DNA of 64,000 bases from Trichoplax adhaerens. Lineage: Eukaryota; Animalia; Placozoa. The stretch lies in assembly GCF_000150275.1 (NCBI RefSeq), contig NW_002060947.1, positions 1,849,740 to 1,913,739 of the forward strand. The letters run 5' to 3'. The number at the start of each line of letters is the position of its first letter. Position 1 is the stretch's first letter. The notes beneath the pieces are model-generated. The model worked only from the letters and a program-made list of their open reading frames with translations. It did not search any database and was not told where the DNA came from. Positions 12,501-24,802 of this stretch are shown here, piece by piece. A program made the position numbers and the translations under genes.

Positions 12501-15500
12501 TCTTTGATCGTCAACTGAGAAATGAGAAAAATCAGTATAAGACTGCAAAATTTTAGACTAATTTGGGTAAGATATCGAAATAATACCATTCTTGCATCTA
12601 GTGATTCACTTTCAGTTCCTACGAAAGCATATGACATAATTATTATAAAAGTTCCACAATTAGATTCAGATATATCATCTTATCTAATTTGTCTCAGTTT
12701 ACCTGTTTCCGTTTCCGTATGATTTGACGACAGCGATTGCACAAACGTTGCAGGGAAGTAACCAATAACTCCATTTAGTTCCCCTTGCCACCAATCATTG
12801 TCATCGTTTTCTATCACGTTAATAATATTGCCTTGATGAAAGGCAAGTTCGTCCGGTTTACTTGCTGAAAAATCGTATATTGCCAGCACTTGGTCTGCAA
12901 GAAAAATAAAGATGTTAGTAGAAGAGATAACAGGTACTCGGTCGTTCCAGACATACTTGCGAAAGCAGGCGTGTTGTCAGTGTCACTTTCTGGAGGCTAT
13001 TTTTTCAAAATAAATTTGAATTACATTATGTAAAGACACAAGATGTAAGTGTACTTTTTCGCAAAGCTATGATGCACAACAACCTCGTTCAATTCCGTCA
13101 ATTGAACATAACTTGCCGGAAACCAACCACGTACAGAATCAGAGGGAGAATTCTGAAGCATTAATTCATAAAATAAATTCCATAGCATAACCTCTCACAT
13201 TAGAAAGGTGGTTGAATTCAATAGCAACAAACCTGTAGTTCTCCTTCCCACCAGCCGTTCGTTTCTTTATTCAGCACCAGAATTACATCATTTTCGTAAA
13301 ATGATATCTGGCTGTCATCTTGCTTCGTATAATCCGATATAGCCTTCACATATTCGGGAGAATTATCTTTATTTTGTACCACTAGTTCTACGTAATTTGC
13401 GGGAAAAATGCCAGACTTTCCTTTACAGTTGCCTTTCCACCAATCTCCTTCGCACGATATTATTAGGATTCTATCACCTTCATCGAATTGCAGATCCTCC
13501 GCTTCGTTTGATCTGTAATTGTATAAAGCAACACCGTATTCCTCTCTTTCAAATGCGTATGTTTCACTTTCTGATACACCAATGGTAGTAGGTGAAGCAG
13601 CAGGTGAAGCGCTATTTTTTCGTTCAAAATTGGCGGCAGGTATTATTGAATTTGTGCTTGTATCATCCATTTGGGGGAGATCCTCCATTTCTAAGTATGT
13701 GCTTGGAATAAGTCCACGTCTTCCATTGAACTCTCCAGTCCACCATCCATCTCCTGATCGTTCGACTATGGTGATATAGTCATTTTCTTTAAATGACAAT
13801 TCATCATCTGCCGTCTTATCGTAATCAGCAATTGCTCGAGCTATCAATCCTTTCGTAGTTCTCTGTGAACCATCACTTCTGAGGGAAGGGTTGCCAGATT
13901 GTAGCGACAAGGAATCTGTATTTATATCTTCAGTAGATTTATGCGGTTCAACAATTTTTTCAACAAAGTCTCTAGGAAGAATACCTACTTTGCCATTTTT
14001 TTCACCATACAACCAACCATCACCTACATTTTCATTTTCAAAGATCTAGTAGAGTAACATAGTACAGCCGAAATAAAATTTATCACAGGTAATTTAATGC
14101 TGATACGTAGATCGAAGAATGAATAGGCATATAAATAGATGCTTCAACAAAAAAGAAAGTAGTACACACCATCAGTTTGTCTCCAACTTCAAGCGAAATT
14201 TCATCATCATTTGAAGCATCAAAGCTATACATAGCTTTGTAAGGAACAGTGTTTTTAGATTCATTTGTATTACTTTGAGGATTTGCAAGTTCCATCGTAA
14301 TTCCAGCCATAAATGCAGATGTTGCTCCAATAGCTGAAGTTAAGGTCTTTCTTTTCTGTTTAACCAGTGCAGTTTAAATTAAAGAATTTTGTAAATAAAG
14401 TCATCCATTAATTAATTAATTACTTACTGAAAATCTAAGTAGATACCCTGATGCATACTTACAGCATTTTCAGCAGGTTCAAACGCAGATTTCCATGCTA
14501 CTTCTTTGTCATCAGATGTATCGGTATTGGCCATAGAAACGGATGTATCTGTCGATGCCTCAAATGCAGCAAAATTACTTTGATTGGTAGTGTCCCATGA
14601 CATCGATCCAAAAGCATCTACACCCACTACTTTTTTGTTTGTATCTTCTTGATTTTGATCCTTATTAGAGCCTACTGTAGACCATTCCGCACCAATATTA
14701 CCCATAATATCGTCAGTGCCTGCATTACTAGTTTTGTTTTCGGTGTTGCTACTTTGCTGCGGCCAGTTAGTATCGAAAGCATTTCCTAAGTTACTACTAG
14801 TGGTATTTTTAGTTTCAAAATTATTTTGAAAACCAGAGAATGGACTAGATTTTTTGTCATCAGATCCAAAATTGCTTTCGAACAAGTTGGAAGTTGCAGC
14901 CTTATCTTTACTAGTATTATCATCTGTATTCAAAAGTAGTCCAAAGGCATCATTTTTTTTATCTTCTTTCGTTTTTCTAGCTGTTGTGGAATTCGATGGA
15001 CTACTAACGTCTGTCCAATTGACGCTAAATAGATCATCATTTTGTGATCGTGCTTTATCATTGCTTACGCTGGATTGATTTCTACTGGTATTTGACATTG
15101 TATCTAGAGATAATAAATCGCTGGATGCTGTGCTCCTATGAATAACAAAAAAGTTATATAAATACGAACTCATAGTTATCAAGTATCAACACAAAAGCTT
15201 GAGCATTTAAAAATGTATCACTTTAAGAAACATTTTACAGCTTATCCATACTTTTTTCCACTTTTAAACTCGAACTGTCGCTGCTTGACGTCTTTCATTT
15301 GCTGTAATTTCTGCAATTCGAGATTTCGTTTCTTTACATCTTGTGATAACTCCTATAATAAGTATCGTAATAGAAAACTAGCATCAATGCGCACAGCAGT
15401 ATTTTGCGATCAATCGGTATTGTTATCATACATCTCGATGAGATATAAGGCCTCCAAATTCAGTCTGCTTTAATTGTGTATCGTTGTTTAGCTTTTGTAA

Positions 15501-18500
15501 GTTCATTTGCAACCGTTGTAAAGTTGATTTCATTTCTTTACAGCTGGCAGTGACAGCATCACATGCTACGGCTAAAATGCAACCATACTATATTAGATAT
15601 CCAACGATAAGTTCATATTAGTAATAAAAACTAATAACCTGTCGTAGTTCTTCCTTTCAAGCTAAATTCCCTAGCAGTTTGTTCTCTCTCCTGATTTGAA
15701 GCGTTATATTTTTGAGTAAAATCCTAAAGCGTTAAATTTAACAATTTTTGAGCATATGAAAATAAGCGGTAAAAACAATAAAGTTAACGCCTGTTATGCA
15801 ATGAGGTCGTACCAACCCTGTATTGATCTCTTAACGCTTCCAATTCAGACTTCCTGATTGAAATAGAACTATTAATCATATTTAATGAGGTTACGTGTTG
15901 TTCCTTCTCATATCTGTACTTGGATAAGTTTTCTTCTGCCATAGTTTTACGTCTTTGCTATAATATAACAAATATCTAAATTTAATAATAAAGTGGGAAA
16001 CATTTTTTGACGATTAAACTATAATTGTTGTACTTACTAAGCTGGAAAGATCCATTTGCAGTTCAGATAATCTACTCCGCAAGGTTGTCACTACGGCTTC
16101 TTCCTTTTTCTTTTGAGCACTCAGTTCTTCACGCCTACGATCTTCCCAATCTTTCTGTCTCTGGCGTTCCTTCTCTAACTGTTCAGCCTATAAAGTTGAG
16201 GTAATGGATAGTGATGATAATAATAGCGCTTGCAAATGTGACACAAGTTTTAATTTTACTAAACAATCAGGTTTCACTTTTATTATGACTAACAAGTCTT
16301 TTCTCAATCATAGCTTTGCGTTGTGCTTCTTTTTCTCGCTCGATAGCTTCCTGCTGTTGCCGTAATCTTTCCATTGCTTCTTGCTTCTTTCTCTCTTGCT
16401 CCATTCTGAAAGTAAACAGGGACAAAATTTTAGTAATTGGCAAAAATGTCTTAACTAAGTATACTAGCCTGAACCCGCTCACTTGGAAGCGAACGTATAC
16501 GACGCTACGCAATACTGTATCATACTACAAACAGTGCCTGACACACACATACATACACATATGAAAAAATTTAATATAATATAGTGATATTGTAGGAACA
16601 CTAGGTTTTGAGACTTGAGTTAAAAGTAACAAAAACATTAAATAACCTTTCACGTTGTCGCTTCTCTTCTTCAGCTACCTCACGTTGCCTACGTTCTTCC
16701 TACGGAAAAAAATCAATTTCATGAATATTTGCATTATAATTAATTATCAGTAAAATTCTTGGGAATGGTACTGCTACACAGAATGAGGTTTACTTGTTCT
16801 CTTCTAAGTTTATCTTGCAGCTCTTGGCGTCTTCGTTCTAATTCCTGTCGACCTTGTTCAAAGTTTCGTTTTTTCCTCTCTTCCAATGATACTGATAAAT
16901 TTTGAAAGACCGGTAAATAAAAACATACATATCCTTGAAAAATCACACAAGTTGCTATCAACCTGAAGATATTGGGAATGCAGTCTGTTTGCTGTCTACT
17001 ACTTCAGATTGAAGCATTGATGATCTTCTACGAACATATGACGCAGGCACAAGAGCAGGAGGTAGACTTTCAGGCATCGAAACTCCATCTTTTGCTAGAT
17101 CACATAAATATAAGGCAAGGCAAAATTCTTCGCCCGTCAAGCGACCATCATTATCGATATCGGATAGATTCCTGTTTAAACACACGTTAGAAATGCAATT
17201 AAAACGCCGGGATAGGTTAGGTAGATTCAAAAAACAAAACCATCTTACCAAAATTAAGCAATTTAAAATATCCGCTCAAAATACTGTAAAACTTAAGTCG
17301 TGGTATTTCTCAAGAGTAAAAATCTTGTAAAGCTATTAGAATCTTACCAAATCTGAATTAATATCTGTTGTGCAAGGCGTGATTGAGATAATATGTCTCG
17401 AGCTTGTGATCCTAAAGATCGATTGTATCAATAAAGGATGAATAAAGTCTGAAGGCAACAATCACACAAGTACAAGTAAAGCAAAGATAATTAATTAAAA
17501 CTTATTGACTAATGCATGACTATGTGAAGAAACATTTTCACAGGTTAATCCAGGAAATTTAATAATGTACTACTGCGCTCTAATAACAGCCATTCAATAC
17601 CTTGGATAAATCCAGTTTTTGCTCTGTCGTAACGGTTAAACACTTGGGTATATTTTACTTTTAAGTTCTGGGGTATTGGCTCTTGGAAAGCTTTATCACT
17701 TTGGCCTGCCGAAATACAAGTGTACGTTAAAGTATTTGCTCGAGTTATATTAATGTCGAAATAATAACACACAGCACTATCATAAAACGGATACTACATA
17801 CCTGCTAGCACGCTACCTTTTCTAGGCATTGATTCAGAATCTTGACCACCAAAGTTGCTACCAACAGTAGCGGAAGATGATGGAAAGCCTGCCAGTTGGT
17901 CAAAACTGCTGCTAAAATTTGCTGCTTTAGTTTCGCCGAATGTTGCCTTTTGTTGCTGCGGATCATTACCTGAGCTCGTAGCAATTTGCATAGGCATGGT
18001 AGAGGATTTATTAGTTTGGGTCATACCACCCATGCCGCTCAATTGACTATTAATAGCACTATCTAAGTTGAGACCGCCAGTAGAGGATGAACTCTTAGAC
18101 CAATTTCCGAATGAAGATATAGTACCTTGGGTTGCGTTGTTGGCAAAGCCTCTTGCCGGCAGGGTATTCGAGTTTGTGGCCATCTGTAAGTTATCTTTAG
18201 GAGGTATTTTTGGAACTGATGCAACCGTACTTTTGATACTGTAAGGTAAGACACGTGGGACCTCAACTCCGCGTAGCTTATTCTGAATAAGATGTACCGC
18301 AATACAAAATTCTTGGACAGACAAACGGCCATCATTATCCATGTCTGATAATCCCCTGCTCATTAATAAAATACCAAGAATTAGAAAATCTAAGACAAGG
18401 TACATAAAGATAGCATCCGCGCTTAAACCATAGTGTTATTATTGCTACAAGAGCAGAATTTACATGACATTTCAAGCCATTTAGACATACGCGTAGTTTA

Positions 18501-21159
18501 TGAAAATCGAAAATAATAAACTCTATTTTGAAAGGCTAATATTCGACTCTAGAATTTCATGGGAATCAAGGCTAAAATATGTACGAAAGTGATTTAACAC
18601 ATTAATATGTGTAAAGGAGTCTGCTTCTGTTACTCGATAAACAGTAAGAGTATTGGAGCATTCGGATCTGATAGTATAACGTACAGCTGGACATGATTCA
18701 TTCTATTCACAATTTGCATATCACTGCACACCAAAGACAAACTATACAACCCAAGTCATACTTTTATAGAGGATTAGTAACTAAACTAACAAAGATACTC
18801 TGCAAACCGGCTTAATCATCATCTTACACATTTTTAACTACTAAATACTAACGCTATAACAGTAAATTTTATAAATAAAGTCTTTAAATTTTCATGCATC
18901 ATGCGAACAATATGTTTAAAGGATTTAATTTGTTAGGTACTTCTGCTAAAACTGATCTAAAATGCTTTGTTATTAAATAAAGTAACAATAATGAAAATTT
19001 CTAGAGGTAAAAATACAGAATGTACTATGCTACCATACAATAATACCTATATTTCATTAGACCATTTCAAATTGAATCTATTATAAATGTATCATAGAAT
19101 AAGTATAGGTATTGATCTCGAGTTAAAGTATGGTAGCCAATATTTAGCAAGTCTTGAAAATAAGACGTAGGCCATAACTTACTAAAATGTCAATTTAGCT
19201 TCAATTGCCCAACACTGAAAGTATTGATTACATATTAATTAGGGATGTAAAAATATTAATGTGCATCGAGTAGCCAGCCCATGGCTACTCGATTCCTCGG
19301 GTAGATCTCTGTAAAACAAATTGTGGACCAGGTAACATAACACAATCAAAATCTTAGATGGTAACAAGATACCTTAGTTGGAATGCGATAAAAATAGAAT
19401 CGATGACAATGAATGATCTGTGCATTATTATAAAAATATATGCGTCGATAGTAACAAACAGCATCGATGTGGAAGATATATCTTTTTTACTCCTACAGTG
19501 CATACAGTATATCACATCTGGTAAACACGATAAAAGACAGTGATTGAAGAAAATACAAAAGGCACTCCCCCTTTAGTGATTTATTATTAGCAGAATGTCC
19601 GTTAACAAGACAAGGTTTAAAGTTATTGGCGATTTTAATAATATAATAAACACTTCCTATGTGACTTACCAAATTTGAGCCAGTACATTAGAAGGCAAGT
19701 TGGAACGCATGAAATAGTTTCGAGCACTTTCACCTATTATTTTACCATAATTATTGATTAGTAAAGTAATCAAATCAAAACACATTCCAAATTGTCGTTG
19801 CCAATAGCGATGTGAAAAAGGATAAGCTGCAATACTATCGATACAGTCAACTGACACTTTTTTAATTAAAAAGCACATTCAATAAAGTCGCTACTGTCTA
19901 TCGTACAGCCATTCTCCATGATCAAAATGCAATGTACAATCCATTACTTCGTCGTCTATACTGTACGTCAATAATTATAACAATTGGTTGGCAGCAGCAT
20001 CAGTATCAGACAACCACCTAGTTTTGATCGATGACCCTTGGAGGATCCCCATCAACAATTAACCTTATCCATAATTCATATGTACTGTACAATCTATTTG
20101 AGAATAATTTAGAACCTCTTCACTGCATTCTACTGTAGTTCTAGCATACAGTCGTACAAATAGAGAAGTTACGTGTGCTATCATTTAAAGAAATAAAGGT
20201 AACATACAAAAATTGTGGCGCGTTTTCCTCACTTCAAATCATGAGTGCGATCGCTATCGACAGTTTCCCATTCCAGTATTATGATCTAGCTATCACTTGA
20301 CTTACCAGATAAATAGCCATTGGTGGGATTTAAGCCAGTGAACATTCTTTGGTAATTATTAAGTTGTTCAGCGGTGATAGTCCAAGGATTAGCTAGATAA
20401 AATTGGACATATTTCCATTAGAAAATAGTTTTAAGTATGGATTCAATGATTTCGTAATTCTCTTGTACACTATTCTATTGCTGTAGTAATCATGGCGAGT
20501 GATGGCAGACACGTTGACTCGTTCCATCACAACAACTATTCCCTCTCCATCGACTGTCATGGCCAAGACTAATATCTCGTCTGTAGTAGACTACTGTCAA
20601 AATATATAAACTATCTACTGCAGATAGGATTAATAGTAATCATTTTATCCACGTTGTAGATCAACTTGGTATCCCATGTCAACATTGTCAGCTGAAGTCG
20701 ATGAAAATGATGAAGACTCAAAACGGGCGTATTAAGTAGAGACATGAGTAGGCCTTGCTATCGTCTACCTCCATATCGTAGACTAGATACATATGGCATG
20801 CATTAAACACTACAGTATGTTGATGTTGGCCTTTTGAAGGTGTTGACTTCGAAAAAGGACATCAACCTCTACAAAATTGCAAAGTGTGCAGTCTAATTCT
20901 GTATAAGTATGATCGAAGATATATTAGACAACGATCGATGCCATAGTCCGTTTTCAAAGAGGAAAATAATACAGTATCCACTGAAGTAAGGATGTAAAAT
21001 GGATCATAAAGATTTGACACCGTGACATTGCTACCATCCAGAAGGAAGTATGCCTTACAACACATTTCAAGTTGAAGTTGTTTCAGTATAAAATAATACT
21101 ATTCGTCGCGTACCTTGACCAACCATCATTGGTTGTTGACCAGCGTAGTTCATATTCAT
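9573..21159 (-). CDS. ITSN: Intersectin, long form (EH-EH-coiled coil-5xSH3-DH-PH-C2), >30 exons. Start exon 21114-21159, then 20306-20392, 19670-19733, 17802-18355; SH3 region ~12703-14356; DH-PH-C2 ~9573-12618
   Basis: EH motifs (SNLPSNVLAQIWGLSDMDNDGRLSVQEFCIAVHLI; LSDIDNDGRLTGEEFCLALYL). Coiled coil LEERKKRNFEQGRQELERRRQ. Five SH3 domains (e.g. ALYNY...GDWWKG...GIFPANYV). DH core [22 protein letters not shown]. PH region FNSKTNCLGQRKLLHSG/LFNDFLLL. C2 region ending FLGSATIPL...DDIYQ*. The ITSN1/ITSN2 distinction cannot be made. Confidence 0.95.
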
Positions 21160-21327
21160 GCTGTTATGGATAAAGCTATTCCAAAGTAGAGTAGAGTTCA
21201 ATTAAGAAGCCATAGAAGAAATTCACCATCGACTCGAAGAGCCTTTCCTGCAGTTTGTACTTTCACTTAGTTCTGCCGTCAATGCCACTGGCGTTTCACC
21301 GCCTTGTACAGTGTACAGTGTACAGTA

Positions 21328-21565
21328 CATAACGAAGTGTCCTGTGCATACTGTATTGTACTGTACTGTACGTACAGTACACGCAATTGAGTGCACTACA
21401 GGGGGGTACAGCTACAGTACTGTACACTGTACGGTATACTGTACCTGGACGGACAGAAACAAATCCATAACGAAGTGCCCTCTGCATTCACACAAGTGTG
21501 TGCACTACACCGGGGTCTACAGCTACAGGACCGTATACTCTACATGGACGGACAGAAACAAATCC
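21328..21565. repeat. Two diverged tandem copies (~138 and ~100 bp) just upstream of the intersectin start exon
   Basis: Both begin cataacgaagtg, contain gtgcactaca...tacagctacag and end tggacggacagaaacaaatcc. Confidence 0.8.
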
Positions 21566-22759
21566 AGTTACACTAAAGAGGATTTTTGTAGAATTTTTTT
21601 TTCTTTCCTCTTTGAAGAGGTATGGAATTATTTTAAGTATTTCACTGATAAAAGAGAGATCAGAGAGGTTTTTGACCTCTATGAAAGAAAGATAGAAGTA
21701 TTTAAACTACTAAAAGGGAGATGGAGGTATTGAATCCTACATTCGAGTACTGTATGTTGTGGCTAGTGTTACGCAATGTGTGCATGGGTATACTGTACGG
21801 TAGTGCTGCCACGGTCTATGGAGGGTTCTGCAAGTTATGATTTTGCCTGTAGTTTATTATATTACTGCGACAGTGCATCAATCTGTAGGGAAGTTACTGA
21901 TGTATTAAAGACGTACTTTATTACCTCGATGAAGAGTGACGGAAGTATGTATTGATCGTAAATAAATACTAAAAGAGAGGTCATACAGGTTTTCTGACCT
22001 CTATATCGCTCTATGCAAAGCCCAGACTTAGTCCGAAATGGTCTATTTTGGGGGAAATATAAGGATCTGTACTCTTTATCCCATAGTTTTGCTTTAAGAT
22101 GTTGCGCCAGAGCATCCTTCTGGAGTGGCGCAGGAGAGTCTCGGATGTGCTACTATTTTGATAATACCATTGTAACATAAGTTACATTGAGAAGTAGAAA
22201 TCCCATTCATACAAGGTGGCATAAAATTCAACTACCAGGAATAATTTATACCACATGCAATCACTATGACTATGACGTTAACTTGAGCAATAGATCATGA
22301 TAAATTAATAGAACTAGTAACATATTTTACTATATTTGCATCATAATAGTGCAATTATAAAATTAAATGATCAGTACAACAGCAATATTTTTAATGAATT
22401 GCAATAAGATGAACATAGCTATTCCACATATAAAATATCAGCCTGTCAGTGTTTAATAATATGCTAGAGCTTAGGATGATTAACAAACATATATCGCTAT
22501 TTTTACGCATCATACAATCAGAAGATGAGCTGGACAGACTTATGAACATTTCAATGCCACAATCGCAACGTTGAGTGTAATAATGCTATTCACCACTGCT
22601 CTATACAGCAAGAAATAGAATTCGGTATTTTGACCATCTTAAAGTATTTACAGTCCAATCGAAGTTGATATTTTACGATATCTTCTCGTATTATCATATA
22701 GGATATTTGAATAGCAAATACTATTTCCAAAGTACAAATTTTAAGTTCCAACGCAGGCA

Positions 22760-23377
22760 TCAAATCCTCCATTTAGACCTTCTACATATCTTCTTTTCCT
22801 TTCTGAAACTGATGGTCACAGGATCATCATTTGATACAATGGAGTGTCTAATTACATCTTCGTCAAGTTTCAGCTCACTATGCAATCGCTTAACAATTGG
22901 TGGCGCTCCGTGGAAATCGAAAAGGAAATAGCTGTTGTATATGTGTAATAAAGTCAAAAGAATCATTGTTAGGTTGTAAAGGTTAAGGGCTTGATTCTAT
23001 ATGCTATCCATTCCATTGCTGAAAGCAAACTAGATAATATGCGTCCAAGCAAACATTTCTATACAGGCACTGTATAAATTATACAGTATTAGATTATCAT
23101 TTGCAGCTTACCTTCCTCTATCGTACCAAACGGTGTGAGCTCTTATCCTATAAGGCAATAGTCTATCAGTCCCTAAATTTTCTACTTTACGTATTACACC
23201 GCCTTGATTAAAAATTCTCGAAGCTGTTCTTTTCAACATTTCGATATACTGTTCCGGCTGTAAAAGCGAAATATTGATATCAAAGTTAGAAAAAAAGAGC
23301 CATAGTAATTTGTAGATCAAGTCCGATTTTACCTGTTTCATACAGCGTATTATTATAGGCATTTCATATCGCGGCAT
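22760..23377 (-). CDS. MRPS6: Mitochondrial ribosomal protein bS6m, 120 aa. Exons 23333-23377, 23112-23257, 22760-22931
   Basis: MPRYEMPIIIRCMKQ-PEQYIEMLKRTASRIFNQGGVIRKVENLGTDRLLPYRIRAH...YFLFDFHGAP...LKLDEDVIRHSIV; ribosomal S6 signature, canonical splice sites, 363 nt in frame. Confidence 0.93.
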
Positions 23378-23896
23378 CTCGGTTTCGTAGGTGATAATCG
23401 GTCACCAAGGTATGTATGTATATCAACAGTAATAAAAATCCTACAAAGGTGTAGAGAGTCGATTGAAAGGAAAGTCTTAAATTATGCCTGGAGAAACTTA
23501 AATAGTACAAAATATCCTAATTTTAAACTACCCACAATATGCTTACACACCGATATCTTTCCAGTACTTGAAAGGCTTTTATGCTCTACACAATCCTTTC
23601 AAAATAGCTCGCATGCAGACACCAATACAGCCACTGAAAACCAGTAACCCAATGCACAATAGGTATGCGATGGATTATCCTAACTCTTCACAACAGGTAG
23701 ACTGCAGGCTATGCTCCTAACTTTTGCAGAAAGTGTGGCAGAGTTTTTGGTTGGATAGTCAGCTGGACAGCCTATGCCTACAGTAATACTATTGATAGTT
23801 AGTATTCGTATACGGCACATTTGACATGTAAGTACGGTACCAGATGCCTGCGATTAGATTGATTGATAGTGACTTGATATGATACTGATGACTGGC

Positions 23897-24284
23897 CATG
23901 GACTACCAGAAGGAAACCTGGACCCGATGGGCTGATCCTTCCCTCAGACAGACGGACTTTTCTTACCTAATAAGAGTCTTCAATATCGAAAAATGACTAC
24001 TTAGTATGGATTTTCCGTATTTATTTTTCAAATCATCGGTACTAGTACTAATTTAAATCACATCAACAATCTTATATAAAAGTTTCCAAGTAAAACTGAG
24101 TAGTGGATAATAAGATTTAACGTAATATGACTTAATTAAGAAAATAGCGGTCAATTCAAAACCAACAGTCCACCTACTAAAGTACTGTTATAACGAAGTA
24201 TTTGGCACAATGTTTGGACCAGATGGAGGCCGAAAATGTCTGTCCGTCCAGGAGTGACTCCATCTCTTCTTCTATCGGTCCATA
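23897..24284. mobile_element. Non-autonomous TIR element, copy 2 (diverged homolog of 3374-3766)
   Basis: Left end CATGGACTACCAGAAG. Shares ccctcagacagacggac, gtttccaag, gattyaacgtaata, tactaaagtactgt.ataac, tttggcaca and tgtctgtccgtcca with copy 1. The right end tcttcttctatcggtccat is the reverse complement of the copy-1 left end. Confidence 0.75.
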
Positions 24285-24770
24285 CTACAGGCGCAATTTG
24301 TGCACCAAACTTGTGACTCTATCAAGTCAGTAACCAGTATGTCAACCTCAATAGTACTGTTTGCATACTAAATTGCAGTCAAAAGGAAGTGTTTGGCATT
24401 ATATTTTGACGAGATGCAGCCGAAAAGTTCCGTCCGTCCAGGACTCATTCTTGGTCTTCTTCAAGCCGTCCAAGCTGCTGACGATACTGTACCAAGCTCG
24501 CCGACTGAGACTGTACTTGCGCACTATACATGTAACTCTATTAAGTCAGTGACCACTATGTCAATCTCAATAGTACCGTTTGCTTACTAAAGTACTGTCA
24601 AAAGGAAGTGTTTGCCACTATACATTGACGAAATAAGGCCGAAGAGTTCCGTCCGTCCAAGACTGATTCTTGGACTCCTTCAAGCCGTTCAAAGCTAGCA
24701 CACTGAGACTGCACTTGCGCACTATACATGTGACTCAGTAACCAGTATCTCAACCTCAATAGTGTACTGT
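24175..24770. repeat. Three tandem ~190-220-bp units, each containing the right arm of the TIR element
   Basis: Units start at tactaaa (24175, 24366, 24585). Each carries gaagt.tttg...gccgaa...GTCCGTCCA and gtgactc...cagtaaccagtat...aacctcaatagt-like blocks. Confidence 0.85.
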
Positions 24771-24802
24771 AATGCAGTAGTGAAAAATGGGCCTCCGATG
24801 CT

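Noticed and set aside
13397-18335. Antisense or alternative-frame ORFs over intersectin exons
   Set aside because: Shadows of the real coding frame on the minus strand.
23258-23332. Nested SLC5A3 gene as in human MRPS6 intron 1
   Set aside because: The intron is only 75 nt and there is no transporter ORF nearby.
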